Assembly (NCBI GenBank): GCA_019414365.1
Contig: DXMC01000002.1
Coordinates: 1-32,000, forward strand
Length of the DNA stretch: 32,000 nucleotides
Reading direction: 5' to 3'
Origin: Collinsella sp.
GTDB taxonomy: Bacteria; Actinomycetota; Coriobacteriia; Coriobacteriales; Coriobacteriaceae
Below are positions 25,122 through 32,000 of this stretch, one piece after another. Both the position numbers and the translations under genes were made by a program. Position 1 is the stretch's first letter. The number at the start of each line of letters is the position of its first letter. The notes under the pieces were generated by a model that saw nothing but the letters and a program-made list of their open reading frames with translations, was not told the DNA's origin and searched no databases.

Positions 25122-27863
25122 ATGGACAAGACCACACAGGACAGCTTGGCAAAGAAACCCGTCGACATGAGGGACAGGATTCTCGAGCATCTCGAGGCCC
25201 TCACCTCTGCCGTCTCGCTCGACGACCTTGCCCGTCTGTCCACCTCCGACATCGCCGAGACGCTCATCATCTCCAGGAGCCTGGCGAGCCAGTACCTCAA
25301 CGACCTTGTTCGCGCCGGTCTTGTGGTTAAGGTGGCGGGCAGGCCTGTCCGTTATTTTCATCGCCGCGCGTTCCAGAAGCGTTTTCAGGTAAAGCTCTCT
25401 GCAAGCGAGTATGCCTCGCTCGCCGACCTCATCCAGGCGACGGGAATCGCCGATCACCGCGACTTCGCGCGTGCCGTGGGCTTCGACATGAGCCTCAGCT
25501 CCGTTGTCGAGCAGTGCAAGGCTGCGGTTCAGTACCCTCCGTTTGGCCTGCCCATCCTCTTGAGCGGCGGCGTGGGTGTCGGTAAGTCTTTCCTTTCTCG
25601 CCTTGTGTACGAGTACGGCAAGAACCAGGGCTTGCTGTCCCGCGACTCCTCCTATGTGCGCATCGACTGCGCCGGGGTCCCGGACGCCGCCTCGTTCAAC
25701 GGGCTTCTTGACGAGTCGATCGCGAAAGCGCGCGGGGGTGTGGTCTTTGTCAACGGCATCGAGGCACTCTCTCCCTCTGCGATGGAGCACTGCCTTGCGA
25801 CGGCCCTCGGGCTCGATGCCTCCCAGGATGCGCCGCGCGCTCGCCTCGTTCTTTCGACGACGCTTTCCGCCGATGACCTGAAGGTTTCCTCGGCCTACAG
25901 CAAAATGCCCATCTGTGCCCGCGTCCCCTCACTCAAGGAGCGGACCCCCGAGGAGCGCGAGGATCTCATCTTGAGCTTCCTGCGCAGCGAGGGGTGCCGA
26001 ATCGGTTCTGATGTGAAGATCAGCCGCGGCGCATACCGTTGCCTCGTGAACGCGGACTTTTCCGATAACATCGCCGGCTTGCGCGCCTGCGTGACGAACT
26101 GCTGTGCCAAAGCGTTCCTCAATCGCGAGGGCGACTACGTCGTCGTTCGCCCGTATCTCCTTCCCAGCGGGCTCCTCTCCTCCGCGCAGATCGATCAACA
26201 GCCCGACGATGGCGTTCTGATCGACGCGTCTCTGGATGCCGCCGAGAGCACAGGGCCGGTCGAGCAGGCGCTCGATGCCCTGTGCTCCCTCGATGAGCGA
26301 TTCTGCGCCGGGGAGCTCTCTGTCTCCGAGCTTGTCTCGCAAGCTGTCTCCGCTGTGCGCGGCGTTGAGGATCACTTGATCTTCGACCACGGCGTCGCCT
26401 CCTCGAGGTCGCGCGCCTTCGAGCGCGTCGTGGGCGCGGTCCTTGCCGACGCAGGCTCTTCTTATGGCATCGAGCTTTCGAGGAAGGTCGCTTTTCTACT
26501 GGCCCAGGAGATTTGCCTGCAATTGTGGCCGGGTATCGGCCTGGCTAAGCGAAAGTCTGCCTGTGCGGAGCAAATCTCCCATCTCCTCGGTGCCATGACC
26601 TCCGAATTGCCGTTTGCCTCGAGTGTCTCCGATCAGGTCGCCGCAGACGTGGAAGGGGCGCTGGGAATCTCGCTCGATCACTTCACGAAGACGCTTCTGA
26701 CGCTGTGCGTCGCATCGGAGTCTCGCGATGCGAAGGCCCTTCGGACGCTCTGCGTCATCTTGTCCCACGGCTACTCAACGGCGACGAGCATCGCCGACGC
26801 GGCGAACCGTATGCTCGGCATGCATGTGTACGAGGCTGTCGACATGCCCTACGACCAGCAGCTGAAGGACATCGTCGGTCCGCTCCAGCGCCTCGTCGAC
26901 CGCCATTCCTACTGCACCGGGGTCGTGTTCCTCGTCGACATGGGCTCCTTGGAGGAGGCCTATAAGGCCCTCGAGAACGTTACCGACTCCACTATCGGCG
27001 TGGTGAACAACGTCTCTACCGGTCTTGCGCTCGAGATCGGGGTCGGGCTGCTCGGCGGCAAGTCCATCGCCGAGGTTCTTGGCGATGCGACCGCCGCGTG
27101 CGTGACGCACTGCAAGGTGATCGAGCGCGTCAACCGTGAGGACGCCATCGTCTTCTGCTCCGAGTCCGGGGTCGACGCCGCGGAGAGGATACGCCAGCTC
27201 GTCTCGCAGAGCCTCCCGCGCACCATAGGCGCGCGCCTGCTCACGAGGCCCTTCAAGCAGCTCGTCGCGAACGGGTCGAACGACGCCGTTTTCTCCGAGC
27301 ACCGCGTCTGCGCCGTCATCGGCACGGGAGACCCCGGGGTCGCCTCCGTCCCCTTCGTCGCCCTCGAGGACATCATGTCGACGGCGTCCGCCTCTAAGGT
27401 TGATGCCGTGTTCGGCAGGTGGCTTGACGCTTCCGAGCTCTCTTCTTTCCACGAGAAGCTGCTCTCGAACATGACGCTGCAGAACGTCATCCGCTCCATC
27501 ACCATCCTCGACCCGGAGCGGCTATTCCATGAGATCGAGAGCGCCGTGCACGAGCTTCAGCGCAGGACAGGCGAGAAGATCGGCAGCAACGCCATCATTG
27601 GGCTCTACGTTCACCTCTGCTGTCTCGTCGAGCGCCTTGTTACCAGAAACCCCATTGAGACCTACGTTGGCCAGGACCGCTTCGAGGAGGAACGCGCCGA
27701 TTTCATCGAGTCCTTCAGGCAGAGCTTCTCGAGCATCTCGACGCGCTATCGCGTAGAGGTTCCCGTAAGCGAGATCGCATATGTCTTCGACTACATAAGC
27801 GTGAGCGCCGCCCCGGCGCGAGAAGAGCGCCTCGGCTCCTCGGACCTCCTGCTCGACGAGTGA
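25122..27863 (+). CDS. LevR-architecture PTS-controlled transcriptional regulator (wHTH, degenerate AAA+, PRD, EIIA-Man-like, PRD)
   Basis: 913 aa. N-terminal winged HTH (ISRSLASQYLNDLVRAGLVVK). Walker A GGVGVGKS at 25566-25589. PSLKERTPEEREDLI resembles the EBP PLRER..DI segment. PRD-like helices. EIIA-Man-like LCVILSHGYSTATS...VVFLVDMGS. A C-terminal PRD (IIGLYVHLCCLVERL). GAGGAGG RBS upstream. Confidence 0.8.
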   Translation: MDKTTQDSLAKKPVDMRDRILEHLEALTSAVSLDDLARLSTSDIAETLIISRSLASQYLNDLVRAGLVVKVAGRPVRYFHRRAFQKRFQVKLSASEYASLADLIQATGIADHRDFARAVGFDMSLSSVVEQCKAAVQYPPFGLPILLSGGVGVGKSFLSRLVYEYGKNQGLLSRDSSYVRIDCAGVPDAASFNGLLDESIAKARGGVVFVNGIEALSPSAMEHCLATALGLDASQDAPRARLVLSTTLSADDLKVSSAYSKMPICARVPSLKERTPEEREDLILSFLRSEGCRIGSDVKISRGAYRCLVNADFSDNIAGLRACVTNCCAKAFLNREGDYVVVRPYLLPSGLLSSAQIDQQPDDGVLIDASLDAAESTGPVEQALDALCSLDERFCAGELSVSELVSQAVSAVRGVEDHLIFDHGVASSRSRAFERVVGAVLADAGSSYGIELSRKVAFLLAQEICLQLWPGIGLAKRKSACAEQISHLLGAMTSELPFASSVSDQVAADVEGALGISLDHFTKTLLTLCVASESRDAKALRTLCVILSHGYSTATSIADAANRMLGMHVYEAVDMPYDQQLKDIVGPLQRLVDRHSYCTGVVFLVDMGSLEEAYKALENVTDSTIGVVNNVSTGLALEIGVGLLGGKSIAEVLGDATAACVTHCKVIERVNREDAIVFCSESGVDAAERIRQLVSQSLPRTIGARLLTRPFKQLVANGSNDAVFSEHRVCAVIGTGDPGVASVPFVALEDIMSTASASKVDAVFGRWLDASELSSFHEKLLSNMTLQNVIRSITILDPERLFHEIESAVHELQRRTGEKIGSNAIIGLYVHLCCLVERLVTRNPIETYVGQDRFEEERADFIESFRQSFSSISTRYRVEVPVSEIAYVFDYISVSAAPAREERLGSSDLLLDE

Positions 27864-27986
27864 CCTTCCCCGCGCCGCCGCAAGCTGACCGCGCGTCCTC
27901 AATAATCCGATAACCCCTTGCCCGGCGCGAATCCGGATAGCGCCGAGGCAGTACCGAACGTAAAACTTCATTTGATAGGAGCAAAC

Positions 27987-28460
27987 ATGAGTGTTGTTAT
28001 GGCACGAATCGACAATCGCCTGCTTCACGGCATCATCGTGACGCAGTGGGCCCCGGTGTCGGGCGCGACCCGAGTCATGGTCATCGACGACAAGGTCGCC
28101 GGCGACGAGGTCCTGAAGTCCACCATGAGGATGGCGCGCCCCGCGGGCATGGCCGTTTCGATCATCTCCGAGCAGACCGCGCTCAAGAACTTCGCCGCGG
28201 GCAAGTACGACCGCGAGAAGGTCTTCGTCATCGCCAAGGAGCCCGAGACGATGCTTCGTCTGGTCGAGTCGGGCGTCGAGCTCCCGTCGCTGGTCGTCGG
28301 CGGCTCGCTCGTCAAGGAGGACGGCATCCAGCTCACCCAGCGCGCCTACGCCTCCGCCGAGAACGTCCAGAGCTACAAGGCGCTCATCGCCCGTGGCGTC
28401 AAGGTGACGGCCCAGTTCGTGCCCGCCGACAAGCCCGTCTCCGTCGCAGACCTCATCTAA
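27987..28460 (+). CDS. PTS mannose/fructose/sorbose-family EIIB component
   Basis: 157 aa from ATG 27987 (AGGAG RBS). ARIDNRLLHG contains the phospho-His motif of sorbose-type IIB. The track's upstream extension was rejected. Confidence 0.9.
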   Translation: MSVVMARIDNRLLHGIIVTQWAPVSGATRVMVIDDKVAGDEVLKSTMRMARPAGMAVSIISEQTALKNFAAGKYDREKVFVIAKEPETMLRLVESGVELPSLVVGGSLVKEDGIQLTQRAYASAENVQSYKALIARGVKVTAQFVPADKPVSVADLI

Positions 28461-28469
28461 GGGGGAAAT

Positions 28470-29255
28470 ATGGTCAACTTCACTATCCTGCAGGTCGTCC
28501 TTTTGACCCTGCTGGCCTTCATCAAGCACGTGGACTACTACGGCATCCCGATGATCTTCGTCAATTACGCCGTTTTCTGGGGCCTCATCACCGGAGTCGT
28601 CATGGGCGACTGGAAGACCGGCCTTGTCATCGGCGGCACCATTCAGCTCATGCAGCTCGGCGTCGCGGGCTTCGGCGGCTCCTCCATTCCCGACTACGGC
28701 ACGATGGCCATCATCGCCACCGCCTACGGCGTGACCCTGGGCTCCGACACGGGCCTCGCCATCGGCCTGCCGGTCGGCATGCTCGGCATCCAGCTCGACG
28801 TCGTCGCCAAGATCCTCAACGGCTTTGTCGTCGAGAAGTCCCAGAAGTTCTGCAACGAGGGTAAGTTCAATCAGATGAACGCCATCCTGTGGGTCTGCCC
28901 CGCGCTCTTCGGCCTGTGCGCCGCCCTGCCCGTCTTTGTCTCCGTGACGCTCGGCCAGCCCGCCGTCAACTGGCTCCTCGAGGTCATGCCCCAGTGGTTC
29001 CTCTCCGGCCTCACCCTCGCCGGCAAGATGCTCCCGGCCGTCGGTATCGCCATGCTGCTCCGCTACATGCCAACCGCCAAGTACTTCCAGTACCTGCTCG
29101 CCGGCTTCTTCCTCTCGGCCTTCCTGAACGTGCCCATCATCGGCGCCGCCATCGTCGGCGTTGCCCTCGCGATTGCGTTCTACCAGCGTGCCGAGAGGGA
29201 CACCGAGCTCGCCGCCCACGCTTCCGCAGACGCCTTCATCGGAGAGGATGAGTAA
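28470..29255 (+). CDS. PTS mannose-family EIIC component
   Basis: 261 aa, hydrophobic. Typical Man-IIC N-terminus (LQVVLLTLLAFI...) and position between IIB and IID. Confidence 0.88.
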   Translation: MVNFTILQVVLLTLLAFIKHVDYYGIPMIFVNYAVFWGLITGVVMGDWKTGLVIGGTIQLMQLGVAGFGGSSIPDYGTMAIIATAYGVTLGSDTGLAIGLPVGMLGIQLDVVAKILNGFVVEKSQKFCNEGKFNQMNAILWVCPALFGLCAALPVFVSVTLGQPAVNWLLEVMPQWFLSGLTLAGKMLPAVGIAMLLRYMPTAKYFQYLLAGFFLSAFLNVPIIGAAIVGVALAIAFYQRAERDTELAAHASADAFIGEDE

Positions 29256-29257
29256 CC

Positions 29258-30091
29258 ATGGAAAACGAGAACATCACCGCCGTCGCCGAGGGCAAGCCCT
29301 CCGGCTACAAGGTCACCAAGAAGGACCTGCGCAACGCGAACTGGCGCTGGCTCATGAGCGTGTGCACCTTCAACTACCAGACCCAGCAGGGCGCCTCAGT
29401 CGCCTACGCCCTCTCGCCGGTCCTGAGGAAGATCTACACGAACGACGAGGACTATAAGCAAGCGCTCAACAACCACTTCCGCTACTACAACACCCAGCCT
29501 TGGCTCGCCGCCATCATCCTTGGCGCCTGCGTGGCCATGGAGGAGCGCGACGGCCTAGCGGCGGCGGACGCCGTCCAAGACCTGAAGATCGGCACCATGG
29601 GACCGCTCGCCGGCGTCGGCGACTCCCTGCTCATGACCATGATCCCGACCATCATGGGCTCCATCGCCGCCTACATGGCCATCGAGGGCAACCCCGTGGG
29701 AGCCGGCATCTGGTTCGCGCTCATCCTGGCCATCTTCTGGGTCCGCATGCACGCCCTCGAGTTCGGCTACAAGCAGGGCGTGAAGCTCGTCACCGACTTC
29801 AGCGAGAAGCTTCCCAACCTCACTGCCGCCGCCTCCGTGCTCGGCCTCACCGTGGTCGGCTGCCTCATCGCCTCGGTCATCGGCGTCACCTGCCCGATTA
29901 GCTTCAGCTTCGGCGACGTCGCGATGGAGATTCAGCCGCTGCTCGACAAGATCCTGCCTGCCATGATCCCCGCCGCCATCACGGGAAGCGCGTATTACCT
30001 TCTTACCAAGAAGAACGCGAGCATGACGGCCCTCATCCTCGTGGTGATCGTCCTCGCGATGGTCGCCTCCGCCGCCGGCATCCTCGCCTAG
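29258..30091 (+). CDS. PTS mannose-family EIID component
   Basis: 277 aa. FNYQTQQG...HFRYYNTQPWLAAIILG...MEE matches the IID signature (FNTxP...G...mEE). Confidence 0.9.
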   Translation: MENENITAVAEGKPSGYKVTKKDLRNANWRWLMSVCTFNYQTQQGASVAYALSPVLRKIYTNDEDYKQALNNHFRYYNTQPWLAAIILGACVAMEERDGLAAADAVQDLKIGTMGPLAGVGDSLLMTMIPTIMGSIAAYMAIEGNPVGAGIWFALILAIFWVRMHALEFGYKQGVKLVTDFSEKLPNLTAAASVLGLTVVGCLIASVIGVTCPISFSFGDVAMEIQPLLDKILPAMIPAAITGSAYYLLTKKNASMTALILVVIVLAMVASAAGILA

Positions 30092-30117
30092 CTTCGACCC
30101 AAGAGATTGGTGAATCA

Positions 30118-30516
30118 ATGAGAAAGATAGTTGTGGCGAGCCATTCCCTTCTCGCCCAGGGCTTCAAGGACACCCTCGAGTTCCTTACGGGTAAGGGCGA
30201 CGCCGTCAACGCCGTGTGCGCCTACGTGAACGACAACGGCGAGGGGCTCGACGCGGCGGTCGAGGCGGCTCTTTCGGGCACTGACGAGGTCGTCGTCCTC
30301 ACCGACGCGTACGGCGGCAGCGTGAACCAGCGCTTTTCCCGCTTCGCCTCCGACCGGATCCACGTGATCGCGGGTGTCAACCTCCCGCTCGCCATGACGG
30401 TCGCGCTCGCGCGCCCCGACGAGAAACTCGACTTCGACGCCCTCGTCAACGAGGCGCGCCAGCAGATCATCTACGTGAACGGTGCCAGTTCCGCCGAGTG
30501 CGACGACGACGAATAG
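30118..30516 (+). CDS. PTS mannose-family EIIA component
   Basis: 132 aa. MRKIVVASHSLLAQG (phospho-His region) and VVVLTDAYGGS (DxxGGS) are typical of EIIA-Man. Confidence 0.85.
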   Translation: MRKIVVASHSLLAQGFKDTLEFLTGKGDAVNAVCAYVNDNGEGLDAAVEAALSGTDEVVVLTDAYGGSVNQRFSRFASDRIHVIAGVNLPLAMTVALARPDEKLDFDALVNEARQQIIYVNGASSAECDDDE

Positions 30517-30528
30517 AGGAGGTCGACG

Positions 30529-31653
30529 ATGAGAGAGTTCCTTAAGGACGTGTGGATGCACGGCGGTGAGGAAAGCCGCGCCATCACCCCCGAGAACATC
30601 ACGGGCGAGAAGGGCCGCGCCGCCATGTCGGCCAGCCACCTCGGCGTCGGCCGCAAGGGCTCGTGCTGCGTGCCCCTTGAGTCCGGCGAGACCATCACGC
30701 TCGCGGACATCGAGGGCCCCGGCATCATCCGCCACATCTGGATGACCGTCCCCGACAAGACCGCCGCCGGCAGCTTCGTCATGCGTGACCTCGTGCTGCG
30801 CTTCTACTGGGACGACGAGGAGACCCCCTCGGTCGAGTGCCCTGTCGGCGACTTCTTCTGCAACGGCTTCGGTGAGCGCGCCATCGTCAACTCGATGCCC
30901 ATCTGCGTGAACCCGACGGGCGGCATGAACTGCTACTTCGAGATGCCCTTCAGGAAGCACGCCAAGGTCACGCTTACGAGCGAGCACCCCGGGTTCATTA
31001 AGTACATCTTCTACACGTTCAACTACGCGCTCACCGACGTGCCGGACGACGCCATGTACTTCCACGCCCGCTTTAACCGCGAGCGCAGCACCCGCAGGGG
31101 CGTCGACTACACCGTGCTCGACGGCGTGCGCGGCAAGGGCTACTACGTCGGCACCTACATGGCCCTGTGCGCCCTGGAGCGCTATTGGTGGGGCGAGGGC
31201 GAGATGAAGTTCTTCCTCGACGGCGACGAGGAGTTCCCCACGGTCACCTCGACGGGAGCCGAGGACTACTTCGGCGGTGCCTGGGCCTTCCTCGACAGGC
31301 CGCCCCACGCGCTGCCCGAGGCGCAGTGCTTCAACACGCTGTTCGCCGGCTACCCGTACCGCTCGACGCGCGACGCCACGCGCGACCGCTTCAGCGCGGG
31401 CAAGCCGAACCCGAATCCGATGCTCGCGACTAACGACGACGCGCTGCCCAGGCACGGCCTCTACAGGTGGCACCTTCCCGACCCGATCTCGTTCAAGGAG
31501 GACCTGCGCGTGACGTTCCAGGACCTCGGCAACGACGACATCAAGCTCTACGAGCGCGAGGACGACATCTCCACCGTCGCCTACTGGTACCAAAGCGAGC
31601 CGCATGCCGTGCTCGCCCCGTTTGCCGCAAGGCAGGACCGCGTGCCCAGGTAG
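30529..31653 (+). CDS. DUF2961 / glycoside hydrolase family 172 protein, cytoplasmic
   Basis: 374 aa with no signal peptide. DIEGPGIIRHIWMT, FYWDDEE.PSVE.P.GDFF and WWGEGEMKFFLDGDEEFPT..STGAEDYFGGAW are the DUF2961 hallmark blocks as I recall them. Confidence 0.8.
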   Translation: MREFLKDVWMHGGEESRAITPENITGEKGRAAMSASHLGVGRKGSCCVPLESGETITLADIEGPGIIRHIWMTVPDKTAAGSFVMRDLVLRFYWDDEETPSVECPVGDFFCNGFGERAIVNSMPICVNPTGGMNCYFEMPFRKHAKVTLTSEHPGFIKYIFYTFNYALTDVPDDAMYFHARFNRERSTRRGVDYTVLDGVRGKGYYVGTYMALCALERYWWGEGEMKFFLDGDEEFPTVTSTGAEDYFGGAWAFLDRPPHALPEAQCFNTLFAGYPYRSTRDATRDRFSAGKPNPNPMLATNDDALPRHGLYRWHLPDPISFKEDLRVTFQDLGNDDIKLYEREDDISTVAYWYQSEPHAVLAPFAARQDRVPR

Positions 31654-31732
31654 GGTCGCCTCGAAACAAGCCAACGTTATGGGCGCCCGCGGTTGACCAT
31701 GACTGCGGGCGTCCCTTTGTAAGGAGGATCAC

Positions 31733-32000
31733 ATGAGCGAAAAGCAAATGAGGCTCGGCGCCCTCGAAGCCGGCGGGACCAAGATGGTCTGTGCCGTGGT
31801 GTCCGGCGACGGCGAGGTCCTCGACCGTATGGAGACCCCGACGCTTACGCCCGCCGAGACCGTCCCGCAGATGATCGAGTGGTTCACCGCCCGCGATGTG
31901 GACGCGTTGGGCATCGGCGCCTTCGGCCCGACCTGCGTCGACCCCAACGACGAGCGCTACGGCTCCATCCTCCAGACGCCCAAGCTCGCGTGGCGAGGCC
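31733..32000 (+). CDS. ROK-family sugar kinase, fructokinase-like (5' part only; runs off the window)
   Basis: MRLGALEAGGTKMVCAV...GIGAFGP matches the N-terminus of ROK fructokinases. AAGGAGG RBS 6 nt upstream. Open to the window end. Confidence 0.78.
   Translation, partial: MSEKQMRLGALEAGGTKMVCAVVSGDGEVLDRMETPTLTPAETVPQMIEWFTARDVDALGIGAFGPTCVDPNDERYGSILQTPKLAWRG

Noticed and set aside
27864-27986. Looked for a sigma-54 -24/-12 promoter (TGGCAC-N5-TTGC) upstream of the PTS operon, as expected for LevR regulons.
   Set aside because: The closest string, GGCAGTACCGAACG, lacks the GC at the -12 spacing. No convincing element was found, so none is reported.
27522-29219. 565-aa minus-strand ORF, and likewise 30115-31674 (519 aa).
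   Set aside because: Both are antisense to well-supported PTS, GH172 and regulator genes. They have repetitive G/D/E/A/L composition and no RBS or motifs, so they are GC-shadow ORFs.
31681-31720. Hairpin GGGCGCCCGC...GCGGGCGTCCC followed by TTTGT, between the GH172 gene and the fructokinase gene.
   Set aside because: The stem is interrupted, the loop is 14 nt, the T-run is only three residues, and it abuts the kinase RBS. This is too weak to call a terminator or attenuator.
1-32000. Scan for CRISPR arrays, tRNA/rRNA genes, toxin-antitoxin pairs, restriction-modification, retron or other defence modules.
   Set aside because: I saw no regularly spaced direct repeats, no cloverleaf-compatible sequences, and no ORFs with the relevant motifs. 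The only mobile-element signal is the decayed IS3 fragment.

Overview
High-GC (by eye about 60-65%) bacterial chromosomal window. The combination of actinobacterial-looking ribosomal proteins with a Firmicutes-order type II fatty-acid synthesis cluster suggests class Coriobacteriia, but that is inference only. Nearly all real genes are on the + strand. The long minus-strand ORFs are antisense shadows typical of GC-rich DNA. Layout: (1) rpsL-rpsG-fusA-rpsJ, with no tuf, ending in a strong intrinsic terminator. (2) About 13.9 kb sits where rplC would normally follow rpsJ: a divergent birA; a complete fabH-acpP-fabK-fabD-fabG-fabF-accB-fabZ-accC-accD/A(fused) operon that appears to end with an EIIC-only PTS-type permease; then a cation-diffusion-facilitator gene and a histidine-phosphatase gene. 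(3) A 178-bp near-perfect inverted repeat, followed by rplC-rplD-rplW-rplB-rpsS-rplV-rpsC-rplP-rpmC-rpsQ-rplN-rplX. This run stops at a terminator straight after rplX; rplE and later genes are absent. (4) A rearrangement scar of about 1.5 kb: lower-GC non-coding DNA, a truncated, internally deleted and frameshifted IS3-family transposase remnant, and a 5'-truncated mtnN. (5) An accessory sugar locus: a LevR-architecture regulator with a visibly degenerate AAA+ module, mannose-family PTS IIB-IIC-IID-IIA, a cytoplasmic DUF2961/GH172 glycosidase, and the start of a ROK fructokinase. I found no CRISPR array, tRNA, rRNA or recognisable defence system. The most novel-looking items are the regulator/PTS/GH172/kinase locus and the two breaks in the otherwise near-universal S10-spc ribosomal gene order. 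All functional calls come from reading the translated ORFs for family motifs. No database search was run.
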